From: Phoronis australis
Taxonomy: Eukaryota > Animalia > Phoronida
Length of the DNA: 64,000 bases
NCBI GenBank assembly: GCA_002633005.1
Contig: NMRA01000115.1
Coordinates: forward strand, 580,902-644,901
Direction of reading: 5' to 3'
Below, one piece after another: positions 1 through 12,120 of this stretch; positions within the stretch are counted from its first letter, which is position 1; every line of letters begins with the position of its first letter. The translations under genes and the position numbers were made by a program. Below the pieces are notes generated by a model that was not told the origin of the DNA, searched no databases, and saw nothing but the letters and a program-made list of their open reading frames with translations.

Positions 1-2908
1 CCATGCGTCAGAAACGAACCATGTGATCACACTAACTTTACTAACGTAATTCTTGCGTGTTCAGAATGCAGCCTGGGTTTCTTTGCAATTTCATTTCTAA
101 AGGTTCATTTACCTTTTAGTTTCCATCGTCTTCCTACATTATGTATTTTTTCGTAATTGTTTAGCATTTCGTTACAGTTGCCCGTTATGCTCAGGGTGGT
201 TTCCTTCATTTGCAATTATACTTTTAATCAATTCCGTGACTCTCAGCAGGGCACGTGCTAAAACATCTGCGATATGAGAATAGTTGTGGAGAAATGGGAG
301 AGAACGCGTTTGTGCGCGGTTTTTGTTTCACATTTTTTACTCGAGTGTTTTCTTTACGAATCATAACACCTTTAGACTGTAGGATGTCAATGATTTCGGA
401 CCCAACTAGTGATAGGTATTGCGCTGTAACATAACCGCGGTTAAGTTGTGTGGTTTCAAGTACTTCGCTCTATCTTCCTGTGTAGAAAACCACTCGAGTC
501 GAATTCTATGTTTGCCAGGAATGTCTTACAAAACGTAGTCATGAAGTGAGCTTCGTGTGATATTACGTTGGAGGAGGTATTTCAGAGCTATTTTGGATAC
601 ACTTGTGAGCAGATATGCGTTTGAAATTACCAGAATCGTTGGCTCGCTAATGTATTATTAGACTATTCACCTTGTTTTTCATCCATTTGACAGCCTTGTA
701 CCGCATGGACTTGAAACTGTAACCTATCCAACCTATCGGACAATCACGCGAGTGGCGTCCATTTTGCAAGTGTACTTGAGTTAACCACTGGCGTGATTTT
801 CTGTGGTCTTGCGTGATCTCGCTTTCCGCTTGATAAACATAACATGCCCCGGTTTCGGAACGCAGTCATGAATATCGTCATTTCTAGACATTCGGCCTAT
901 CTTGTTCTGTTTTTCTTCGTGTTTTCGAAACGGCACATCCCGAGTTTGTGATATGCGGATACATAAGTTTGTTTCGACTGTCTGGGGTGAGAAAGAGGCT
1001 TCCGTTCAGGCAACTGCGCACGTGCAGACTAGAGTAAATGTCGAGAGTAAACAATCCAGTGTGTTAATGGGCTATACGAACTTGTGTTTTGTCCAGTGGT
1101 TTTGGTCAGGTAAGGTCACTCGAGCTCTTGAAATTGGGGTCGAACATTGTCCCCATTCCCTTCTCAAAAATATTTAAAAATCGCCCAAAATTCCCCTCAC
1201 CAGGTCAAAAATTCGTCTCTGAACGATCAGAAATTCCCCTCGTTTTTTAACCTCAAACAATATTTAAAGTATCGTATTCAAACCCAATGATTTTAATCAC
1301 GATGCTGTCAGACTAAGGAAACGTCACAAACTGGTTTCCTTATGAAGCAAGTGCAACATACTGGAGTGCTAGAACCAGTTTTGCACTGTTTCACTCTTTC
1401 GTGTTGAAAACACAAAACTTCCGTTCGCCTGTGCCTCAAAATGGAATAATAACAAGTTCTACAAGAGAAGAATAACGAAAACCCATTCGACGGTGCATAG
1501 AAACGCGCAAGAAAGTGTCCTCCTCTCAGAAGCAGTCTCAAGCAGACCACGTTTGAACAGCCAGGGCAACAGAATTATTCACTGACATTGTGGTCAAAAG
1601 TCAATCACAGTCACATTTAAGTCATAAGAACAGTTAATTCACTGTGGTGGAAGGACTGAATAGTCAAATTTGAGGTTTTTGTTTGTGAGAAATTAAAAAA
1701 AATGTTGAGCTGAATCCATTCATTATTGTGCCAGTAACGTGAATTATGTAGGGGGGTCCATTCCTTACAAACATTGTTTAACTCACTTTGTCTTCAAGGT
1801 GTTAGTAGTGGTAGCTTATTTATTCCCTAATTTTGAAACTAACTTTCCCCCGATGGATATTTACTAACAACTCCATACTAATGTGTTTGTGCGAAAATGA
1901 ACCATAGTGTTGGTATTGCCTCTATAAGTCAAGGTGCGTCATAACGGTATTACATCGCACGTGGACGCCGAAGGCGCAGCTAGGCCAATGTATCTCTTAT
2001 ATGACAACAGGTCGTCTTAGCTCCCCTATGTTACAAATGGTGGATATAACAGCGACTTACTTTTTATTGTTTAACTTACTTTATTGCTTATTTGTTAAAA
2101 CATAAAAGAGTATTGTCATAAAAAGCAGTGTTAGTACACTAATCAAATAAACTTCAAAAACTCTGCTCTAAGTAAAAAATGATGCGAAAATTCCTCTCTT
2201 AGTAAAAAACGACGCGAAAATTCCTCTTTTAAAATGTACAAGCACATTTACCCTCAGGTGAGCAAGAGCCCTTATAACTGGTGACGAAAGTGCATATTTC
2301 GGTTGTGGCTTCCCATTTAGCAGGCATCGGCGTTTACCAGTCGAAAAAGACTGGTTACTTCCCTGTTGAATTTTGTACTTGCTTTGTATGATCCGATGAT
2401 ATTGTATCAGTCGGTGAATACTTCAATTTCAACGCTCGCCCGTGGTCGCGATCACAATTGTCGGTAATTCAACGTTGAAAGTATACCGTTATCTGGACTA
2501 GCTCCTAGCGGCTACATTGTATCCTGGATCATAATAAGCTGTAAAAATGACGAAGTTAGCTACGAAGTTCGGCCTTCCCTACTAGAAACGGGTTGGTCCC
2601 CTCTACAAGAATAGTAGTTTTCTTTTAATTCCAGGTTGATGTTCGCCCGGTAACCTCGCAGTTACTATACTGGTGTTAGGTCGTAGTAAATGCATAGCAC
2701 TGATATACGCTTTGTCGTATAGTCTGTACACTTTTCTTCTCATTATATACATGTAGGAGACTTGATAATAGTTCCCTAAATACAGAAAAATGGAAAAATA
2801 CCAAACAATGTTCTAATGTATTCTCTACATTTTAATGCGAAAGAAGCGACGTCTATCGGGCTAGTCAACTCACGTGATTTTCCAAATAAAGTCAATACAG
2901 TCTGGAAG

Positions 2909-2983
2909 CTCGCTGGTTCCCTGCGTGCCGCTGGGTGGTCGATAGCCAGCACGCGCTGGCTAGGCACGTAGGGAACCAGCGAG
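2909..2983. mobile_element. 75-bp hairpin MITE with 21-bp TIRs and a perfect 9-bp target-site duplication
   Basis: CTCGCTGGTTCCCTGCGTGCC ... GGCACGTAGGGAACCAGCGAG (1 mismatch). It is flanked by GTCTGGAAG at 2900-2908 and 2984-2992. A 9-bp TSD is typical of Mutator-type elements. Confidence 0.8.
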
Positions 2984-3635
2984 GTCTGGAAGTTGCTTAC
3001 ACGAAGCGTGCTTGCGACTGGAACGAGACTAACCGTTGCGGCGAATCATGTCCAGGTTAAGTTTGCCAACTTTCGTGTATCACGTGAAAAGAATAATTGT
3101 GTTTCTTGGTTATTGTCATTGTTTGTTATGTGACTGAGAGCATGGGTTTCATTATGTTTAAAAACAAGTTAACGCATGTGCATTTGAGATTACGACCTTG
3201 TGTCCATTTGCTCCAAGCTCCCGCGTTTAGTGCGAACTATTGGGTACATGCGAGACAAGTTGTACGTGATGAGTACCTGCCGCCATGCCCGCCGGCCAGG
3301 GACAATGGTCCCGGAGATGTCTATGAAACTATTAAATGTTTCACCTGCCGCTTCACGCCATACCGTGTAATTAATATCGTATTCTGATTAAACGAAACAT
3401 ATCGATTTGAAGTAACAACTTGGAAATAATGTGAATAGAGCTTGGCTTTGTTGTAATAGGACGCTATTAGATGATGATGTCAACATGTCTTTCGTTGAAT
3501 CGAATATGATTTTTCACCAAATTTTCGATATATTAGTCGCATGAAGACAACTTGCGTAATGTAATTCGAAAAACTGTATGGGACAACGGTCAACGTTATC
3601 TAGTAACAGTCTCATTTGCTATGCTGATCTAAGAA

Positions 3636-3651
3636 ATGTTAATGGTCGCTG
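3636..3651 (+). CDS. Candidate short first coding exon of TGIF (MLMVA/G)
   Basis: ATG TTA ATG GTC GCT G|GTGAGC gives a phase-1 donor compatible with the phase-1 acceptor at 6029. Other phase-1 donors exist (e.g. 1109|GTAAGG), so this is tentative. Confidence 0.25.
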
Positions 3652-4988
3652 GTGAGCTGGTGTCCTTCGAACTAACTTAAAGGTGCCCTTGGCTGGCCTA
3701 GCTATGTTGATAAACGATCTTGTTGGCAGACAAAACACTGTGAGAATCGTCAGCAAGTCAACTCAAGCTCCTGTTTTTGCATGCAAGTTAGCGAGTTTGT
3801 TTTTATCAAATTGCCCCTGCTCGTGTTCGTTTTGGCGACTCCTGTTGGACGGGAGATGGCACTGGGCCGCGTTCTTGTTTGTGATTATGACAAGAATCCA
3901 ACCCCATAACCATGTTGTACAGAAAGTAATTGGTAGTGGTATTCGTGACCACTTTTGGTGTCAGTACACCCGTGAAATGTACGCCAGGGTTGCAGTGTGC
4001 TACAGTCGGATCTTCCACATGAAAATCAAGTCGAGGTCCAATAGTCAAGGGTTATTCTTTGATCGTTGTCGATTCGACTTTGTAAGCAAACGTCCCACTT
4101 CACTGTTGGTAAAGCTAATCCATTTACAAACGCGACGCCTCAGGTCAGATAAAAATAATCGCGATCCTAATACAATATGTCGTATCTCTCTCCTTAAGTA
4201 TCGCCGATAAATAAGACGTGACATCCAGAACAATGACACGATTGTCGGATTCCGTGATTTAAACGTACACGCCGTGTCGTAGGAAAGACGGGTTCCTTAT
4301 CCGTGATTACCCAATGCTTGCTGCTTTTATGGTAACTTAGTAAATTTTGAGATATCATTGCCACCATCATGTTAGACGAAGCCCACGTGTACAGTAGGGG
4401 CAGCTTTGACCTCAGGGTGTTCTTCGAAATTTGTTGGACGCTTCTTTCGTGTAAAACGTGTTTTGTTTTGTTTTGTTTTTTGTTTCTTGGTGTCTGGGTT
4501 TCAGAGGCCCGTGTCTGTAAAATTTTCCTATTTGGTAGAATTTAATAATTCTTCTTTGCACAGTCACACCTTCCGGAAGTCGTGACGTAATTTAATGCTA
4601 ACCAGTAACAGCGTGCGCTGTACGTGCCGTGTGTGTCGCGTGAAATCCCATCGCGGGGACATTTATTAATGTTATGATTATCGGTTATCTGCTGATAAGA
4701 CAGGGACTTCTCTCGCCTGCTTACCTAGTGCAATTATGTTGTGTTGTAATACCAGGTCTGGTTGTTATGTCTCATTATCGTAAGAATGATAACCCGTGTG
4801 ATGTACATAAAAGTGCTCAGCTGTTGCACTCGATTAAGTTTAGATATTAATGAAGTCCAAAGAGTGATATTCTCTACGTATCAGAACTGAGATGACATTG
4901 ACAATGACGTGCCGTAGTAATACTTGGCCCGAAGGTCGTGCGACTTGAGGCAGTTGAATAAACAGTTTTGTCGCGTCATCTGTGTCAT

Positions 4989-5098
4989 AGTCCTGCATCA
5001 TCTGCTGGATGTTCTATGTATGATGATGACTATTAAAGTATCAGTCCTGCATCATCTGCTGGATGTTCTACGTGTGATGGTGACTATTAAAGTATCAG
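4989..5098. repeat. Tandem duplication, 2 x 54 bp
   Basis: AGTCCTGCATCATCTGCTGGATGTTCTA...GACTATTAAAGTATC occurs twice in tandem with few substitutions. Confidence 0.9.
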
Positions 5099-5573
5099 CT
5101 GTTGTCAACACTTTAACACTAATTCAAACATAAAGCATGTGACTTTTTGCGATTTAAAGATGCTGTGTCTCATTAAAACCGTGAATATTTGAATTTGTAT
5201 CTATTAAGCCTGGTGACTTCCTGGAGAATAGTGTGTACAAGTATAATCAGGAAACGAAACAATTTCTAAATAAATTGCCGTTTCTAAAGAAAACACTACA
5301 GCTGATACACTTAAAAGTACGTGTGAACATATAAAACTCCTAATAATAATTCCAATCGTTATTTGATAATGAACTTAGTAATAAAAATTGTGCCTTGTTT
5401 CATTAGGGTAACAACAATGCTGCGGGGTTTCCCAGGGATTCCCCTGTCGTCCTAAGAAATGTGGATGAGAAATGTGCGCAAATATAACGGCTGTTCACTG
5501 TCTTACACAAAAGACGTGAGGTTCCAAATAAACCAAGTTACATGCCTTCTTTGTTTTCTTGGCCGGCAAAGAT

Positions 5574-5721
5574 GTAGAGTTCAGTAACGCTAGGACCTAC
5601 GCTAGAACTTCACTAAAGTGTAGCCAAAATAACGTGTTTTTATTTAAAATGCTCGGCAATATCTCGCGTAAACTTGCGGAAAATTGCTTTTTAGCGAGGT
5701 CCTAGCGTTATTGAACTCTAC
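5574..5721. mobile_element. MITE family A, complete copy
   Basis: TIRs GTAGAGTTCAGTAACGCTAGGACCT / AGGTCCTAGCGTTATTGAACTCTAC. Related copies lie at ~16127-16263 and ~18563-18680. Confidence 0.8.
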
Positions 5722-6028
5722 CCGGGTCTTCGCCCGCCATGACGAAATATTACCATACTCGTTAACATATCCACTGCGAAAGTCATTGTCGTTGTTAAAA
5801 ATTGGTCAAGTACTAATCTTCTCAGTTTAGGTGCCAAAATAGCACAGTCCCCTTTCTTCTTTTCAGAATAGGCCTGCGTGAAATGCAGCAAGTTTCGACA
5901 TTTTGCGGAAGGCGTAGCGTAGTTCACATTATGTGGACAGGTGCTTTAATACTGCTTACTGCTGGATGTGTTTATTTGTGGCTAATTCAGTTTGTATGAT
6001 ACACAACTCAATGATCCTCTTTTTTCAG

Positions 6029-6954
6029 GCACTGAGAAGGGTTATCAGGAATGGAGCGGAGATGAGGACGACCAGGTAGACTCGCCGAATTACGACAAAA
6101 ACGGCATGATTCGAGTTGGAAAGAAACGAAGAGGAAACCTTCCCAAAGATGCTGTTAAGGTTTTACGCCTTTGGTTGTACAATCATCGTTACAACGCCTA
6201 TCCTAGCGACGAAGAGAAAGTGATTTTATCGCGTGACACAAATCTAACTGTTTTGCAAGTGTGCAACTGGTTCATAAACGCGCGTAGACGAATCCTGCCG
6301 GAAATGATTAAACGCGAGGGTCAGAATCCGCTACATTATACAATTTCGAGAAAGCAGAAGCGTTCTGATTCTGAAAGTAGCGACTGCTTTGAAACTAAGC
6401 GGCAGAAATCTAGCTACGATTCGTCGGGAGGAACTGGCGACGAAGATTCCAGCCACGATGAGGAGAGCTTAGCAGACGACGAATCGTCAAACGGAAGTCC
6501 CTCCATTCCTCCAGATACGAATTGGTCTCGTGACTCACTGTCGAAGCGTCTGCTTCCGGAAGTTGAACGTCATTCCTTGAACGCTGTTGACACTGGCAGA
6601 ACTGTATATCGTGACTACAGTTCGAAAACAGAAACAGATAATACATATTTTGTCAATGCAAGCGATAAGGTTTCGTCGGTTGTCTACCCTACTCTGAGCG
6701 GTGCACTTGGCAGTCGCGACCTCTCGACCAACCCGAACTTTTATGCCCAAACCCAGTCATGGGGTAAGACCGATAATATGAATGCATGCGCAACCGACTT
6801 TAGTTGCTTTCAAATCCTTGTGGATGTAGCCATACAAGAGTTAGAAAAGGAGAAACGAAAAGAAAGGATGAGAAATTTAGAGATTTGGTCGCAGCACGGT
6901 TACCATGGATATCAGTGTTTACCGAAGTACGTGTCGATAAATCCTTCGTCATGA
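6029..6954 (+). CDS. TGIF: TGIF-family TALE homeodomain transcriptional repressor, main coding exon
   Basis: [33 protein letters not shown]...[37 protein letters not shown] is a TGIF-type TALE homeodomain with its C-terminal extension. The C-terminal [12 protein letters not shown] resembles the TGIF Sin3-interaction motif. Acceptor TCCTCTTTTTTCAG ends at 6028 (phase 1); stop TGA at 6952-6954. Confidence 0.93.
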
Positions 6955-8384
6955 TAGAAAGCTATATCGGCGATTTAGAAGGAATTTCATTGTCATCTGT
7001 CAGCAGAGTATACATTCATGCAAATAGGTCAAATGTCAAATTTTTATACTTTACAATAATTTATAATGAAGTGCAATTTATATAGTGCTTTCGCTGACTC
7101 ACTGGAATGTATTTAATATTAAGAGATTTAATTGTCATCAAATACATACTGGCAATTTTTTAGACAAGTTTTAGTTTATCTAGATATGAAACAGTGAACA
7201 GTGTCAGCAGTTTTCAGAAAGGAGACATTTTCGACTTCAGGATGCTCTGTGAAGAAGGTAGATTCTTTACAAGGGCGAGTTGATGTTCTCACAAGTTTCA
7301 TTGTACATAGTATTCAATGTATGCTCTTAGAAGACGGAACCAGTAAACGGTACACGGCAATTGATCATGTGAAAAGGAAATTGAGATTTGAGAAGCGAAA
7401 TTTTAAAGCAGTTTCGATGTCGGAGGTCAATCGCTTGACTAGGGTTTGAGTGACGAATGCGTACAACGTGCGCTTATACTGCTGGCTGAGGAGGAATATC
7501 TTGGAGCCCCCTGTGTTTGTTCTACCTTGGTGCTCCCGGATATTATTAATCACCTGGATGTCTGTATATTCTTACCCAGCTTAGGTAGACTTATCCTAAA
7601 GTTAGTTGTGTTGAACGTTTGTCTTTGAATGCGCGTGTTTGTCGGGTGTTGGGTTGGGTACTGGTAGATTAGTGTATTTGATAAAATTGTTTAGCACTTT
7701 CATGCAAAACCCAAGATATTAACGTTAAGAAAAACTTTGATTTAAGATGCGTTATTCATTTCATAACATCGAATACATATCTGTTTTGTACGTAATATAA
7801 TGGTCTAGCATTATACTGAGTGATACCAGTGCACTGTTTTACGACTTAAGTTTTGTATATTCCTTTGTTCATGTATGTTTTCCAGTGTATCAATGACTGG
7901 ATAATTAATGAAGATTTCGTTGTATTTTCCACCCAACATTTCGTGAAACCGGAATTGTCAGCGGACATTGTGAAACATGCAACATCATCTAAATGGAATC
8001 GATGTTTGTGAACACGTCCTTCGTACCGTTCATGCTTGGAATTTTCCTCTTAAGAGGAGTTCCTCTTTTCAGCTTCGATTTTCAGTTTCTTGTTTTTTTT
8101 TTGCCTCTTTTTGTTATTATATTGACTTGCAAAAACCTTTATCTCAGTTAAAGTTAAAACACAGAAAATATTTGTATCACACAAACCTTATGTGGAAATG
8201 TTCCTCTTTTTGTCATTGGTCATCCCTAGCCCTGGCCGTTGTATAAGTGTTATGATTCATCAGTTACTTACGCATGACTATTTTTTGTGATCATTTGAAA
8301 TAAAATCGTCTACTTCATCGTCAGTCATAGTGGATAAGTTTTGATTATTTAACTCAACTAGCGTGGCCTAATTTCCGGTACAGA

Positions 8385-8423
8385 TTTTTGACCAACCACT
8401 GATTGGCAGTGGTTGGTCAAAAA
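8385..8423. repeat. Perfect 17-bp inverted repeat with a 5-nt loop
   Basis: TTTTTGACCAACCACTG ATTGG CAGTGGTTGGTCAAAAA. Confidence 0.9.
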
Positions 8424-8570
8424 CCTGGTTGGCAACCATATGAATGATGGGTGGCAACCTTTCTCGGTTGTTTGTCTGAGGAGATTTTGCTCTATTGCGC
8501 AGATTGAGCTTACTCTGGAAAGCGTTTGGAACATTTTTCCTCAATTTTTATGAGAACAAGGTTGTAGAAG

Positions 8571-8894
8571 CAGGGGCGGATCCAGGATTTTGAGTTGGGG
8601 GCCCAGGGCACAGAAATAACCAGAATTTCGTCACATGCGCGAGCTCAGCCCAAAGTAGAGATGCAGAGTTCTCGAATTTTTGGGTTTGTGTTTCTTATTT
8701 ACTAAAAAACATTTACTAAAAAACGGTAAGCGGGGTTTGTTCAAGGCCTGTGCATTGTGCATTCGCCCCCCGAACATCCTGGGTGCGCGCATATGCTACT
8801 CAGCAATTCGAATCCCGAACTCCAAAATGGTATCTGGGAGAATTTTAGGGGGCTATGGCCCCCTTGTTCCCCCCACCCCCTAAATCCACCACTG
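8571..8894. mobile_element. Non-autonomous DNA transposon with CAG termini and a 5-bp TSD (hAT-like)
   Basis: Ends CAGGGGCGGATCCAGG ... TAAATCCACCACTG; AGAAG is duplicated at 8566-8570 and 8895-8899. Confidence 0.65.
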
Positions 8895-9676
8895 AGAAGT
8901 ATCATTTCTTGAAACCGAAATGATGGGACCAAGTCCCACGATGCAATACATTGTGTGTCTGATCGGCTGGACCGTCCCTGTATATGTAGCTTTACCTGCT
9001 TCTGGCATCTTTGCACGACGAGTTAGATGGTTAATTTACATACCCGAGTTGGGAATAAAAATCGGCGGGCGCCTCTGGTCATCGATCACGGTTATCAGAA
9101 GTACAGCGGGTGTACGCTCCTTACTCGGATCGGCTCACTGCACAACATTTGCAGAGTTATTATTTTTAGTAAGTTCATTTTTTAGAAATCGGTGAAGAGG
9201 TTCCAAATAACTTCTCTTGTGTGCACCCAGCCTAAAAATGAGGGAGTTTGAATTTTTGAGAATGTGGACCTTTTACGAAGATTCACGTGTCGTGTTCAGA
9301 GCCTTGAATTGTGCATTCGCCGAATTTTGGTAGTTCCTTCATTTTTAGTTGACTTTTGTCTCAATTTCTACTTTTTCGGAGTTTGCTGGCATCAAAAGCC
9401 GGCAACGCAGTGGTTTATTCATTGGTGGCTTCTCAAAAATTTGCACTTTCGAGCACTCCAAGGCATTACAAATTGTATCTAATGAGACGGACTTTGTTTC
9501 AGTTTCATACTAGCATTGGTTAGGATCATTTTAGGAAGAGAGTAATTCATTTTGAAACAGAACGCAGAATAATAAACGTCTACATGGCAATTCGCTAGGT
9601 GCCAATCCCTATTTAGTCAAGAGCTCGTGCGAGGAAGACTTCACGGGTCGGATCGTTAGGTTTCACAGGCTATCAG

Positions 9677-9989
9677 TTCGAGTCGGAATACACTGATCAA
9701 GAAATACTAGAGAGGCGCCGTGAACATGCTTAGGCAACGGAACGTATGGATAGTTCTCTGGTAAGCGGGAATTTGTCAGAGAAATCACTGTCGACGAAAT
9801 GTCGGCAACACACGGAGATGTTTCACGGCCTCATACTTGCTATTAAGAGCATACTTTTCATTCTTCACTACCGCGAGCCACTCCCTATGCATTTTGAGCT
9901 CTCGAGGAAGTCGAAAAACGATATATCCGCTTTCTTCGCAGCTTCATAGTTCGGACAAGCGGGAACGATGCACCGCAATAGAGCGGCAT
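9677..9989 (-). pseudogene. Decayed THAP zinc-finger domain (transposon-derived, Kolobok-like)
   Basis: Across frameshifts it reads RCIVPACPNYEAAKKADISF-FRLPRELKMHREWLAVVKNEKY...HLRV-CRHFVDSDF...CIPT, i.e. the C-x4-C, F-x-P, W, C-x2-HF and AVPT-like THAP motifs. The element end ...CATTCACCT|TTAA is at 10153-10157. Confidence 0.7.
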
Positions 9990-10358
9990 TCACTCTGCAG
10001 ACGAACCACTGACGTCCCTGCGTCGCTTCTCACCTTCCTCACGGGTTAACGCGACGCCTCTCGGCAAGGTGAGGTCGACCGTATAAGAGGCGATGTGGAT
10101 ATAGACCGATTAAGAAGGTAAAAAAGACTAATTATATCGGGTTTCATTCACCTTTAAAGAGTTCTCGCCATGCATGTTCTTATTTTTTGAGGTTTTAGTT
10201 GGCTAATATGAAAAGAATATAAAATCTAATAAATGAGCACTTTTTATGTTAAATAGTTGCGAGTTCTTTTAACTTTGAAGGAAAATTAGTTATTTCCAAG
10301 TTTCCCACCAAATGCTGTGGTGAGTGGAAGATGTTTGGTCACTTGACAATCACAAGCA

Positions 10359-10553
10359 ATGGCGGAACACAGTAGATCATAAGACGAGGACGATTTTGAG
10401 CGAGAGCTGGACAATTAATATGTAGACAGAAAGGAGAGTGGACAGGTGCATCACACTCAAAGACTTGACGAATCAGACAATGAATTCGATTTCCCACTCA
10501 GCGAACTTTCGTCAGCTTTGAGGCCGTATGAACTCGATCCACTCGCACGAGAA
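10359..10553 (+). pseudogene. Decayed acidic ORF start with an RPYELDPLA motif (resembles the PYxFEP N-terminus of Kolobok-associated P2X7-ballast-like proteins)
   Basis: One frame reads MAEHSRS*DEDDFERELDN*...DESDNEFDFPLSELSSALRPYELDPLARE with two stops. Start context is CAATGGCG; it lies just inside a TTAA junction. Confidence 0.35.
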
Positions 10554-10949
10554 ATCCTGCAGACTTAGTGAGTCACAACCAACTGAACCACGGGGTGGTC
10601 AATATTCACAAAATGACACTTACTGTAATCACTGACAAAGGCCACAGAAAACCTGGGTGGAATGAGCATGGTCTAAAAAACTTTCGTAGCACTTGATCTG
10701 GGCCGGGGTCGAGGCCTTACCCTAGGAATGGGAGCAGTTTGTGTTGGACGTGACACAGGCGCTGCAAGGGTACGTGCATAGGTCACATTCATGTCCACGG
10801 AACTAGGAAACTTTAAAACTGAAGTCGCTATTCCTCTATTTTCTCGATTTTGGGGTATTGCCGGAATTCACAACTGTGATCTGCAGTGCAATAAAGGAAG
10901 GTTTTAAAGATGCTGACAATGTACTAACTTGTCATATGTGGTTTTAATC

Positions 10950-12120
10950 ACTCTGTTTGTCGATTGCCTATGTATTTTCAGTTCTTTGGTGGATTTTCAT
11001 GAAATTTGCCAAAAAGGTTTCTATTAAGGAGACTGTGATGACTTTCCATTTTCAGATGGATTTTACGTATTTAGCGCCGTCTTGTGGTCCGATTTTTAAA
11101 TTTATGTGTCAACTTTGGCGTCCTCCTCTCTAATCGCAAAACTACTCGAAGGACCATAATAATTGAAAGATGTGTTCTTGGCGAGAAGACCCTGGCTGAT
11201 GTTGGTTTTGGTACTACTGTGGCTCAACAAGGTTTTGTGTCCCGTGCTGCTTAAATCTTGTGCAGGATTTTTCCGAGATGTGGCCGGTGTTTGCCTATGA
11301 CACTCACAACGGATAACTACTAGTTTAGGATCAATCCCACTGCCGCTGCGCACCATAGTGAGTTGCATCTTTTTTATTTGCCGCTGTATTTTCGGGTGGA
11401 CTTTCGTGACATTTGGAAAACAAATGCTTTTATGAGACGTTTTGACCGGATTCGACGTATTCTGCACCAGATAGTTGTCATTTTTAGTATTTTCGAGTTC
11501 GTTTCCGACTCTTATGATCCGCTAAAGTACTAAACGGGTAATGATGACTGCATATGTATGTTGCTCATGAGAAGACCAGAACTGGCGTTGATTTTTCGAC
11601 GGACCTGACAACTGTAGCGTTTGGTTGTTGAGATTTTGTCATTTGCGTTCATGGCTGTATCAATTTAATCATTTGCTGGATTTTTGTGCCAACTGTTTTC
11701 CTATAAATGGGACAAAGGCCTGCCCGACCTTTGGACGGGGCTGAATACCGTTACGCCCTCTAGCGCAATTTTAGTTTTTACCTTTGCTTCCGTACCTTCA
11801 GATTTTCATGAAATCTGACTAACAAGTTTCTGTTTTGGAGATGACGGTATTTTTCATTTTGGGACGGTTCAACGTATTCTGCTTCACCTAGTGACCATTT
11901 TTATTATTTTCGAGTCAGTTTTTGATATCCTTCAAAGCACCCATAGGATCATAAGAGTATTGGTAACACCACAACTAGTGTTGATTTTCAGACGGGTCTT
12001 ACTGCTGTGGTGCCCTTAGTGGAAGTTTGCATCTGCAGCTGTATCTCCTTACCCCTTGCAGGATCTTTGGGAACTTGGCAAGTGCTTTCCTATTAACATG
12101 ACAACAGCTGTGCCTTCTGC
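10950..12120 (-). repeat. Diverged inverted copy of the ~150-bp satellite seen at 54000-55500
   Basis: Recurring GGATTTTCATGAAATTTG, CAATTTTTAGTTTTTACCTTTG and CACCTAGTGACCATTTT motifs are reverse complements of the satellite subunits. Confidence 0.6.

Noticed and set aside
3683-4210. 175-aa ORF upstream of TGIF
   Set aside because: GTG start, no recognisable motif and no convincing exon structure; probably a chance ORF in regulatory or intronic DNA.
5992-6028. TTG start and [13 protein letters not shown]-terminus given for the TGIF ORF
   Set aside because: This is intron sequence; a pyrimidine tract and AG acceptor end at 6028.
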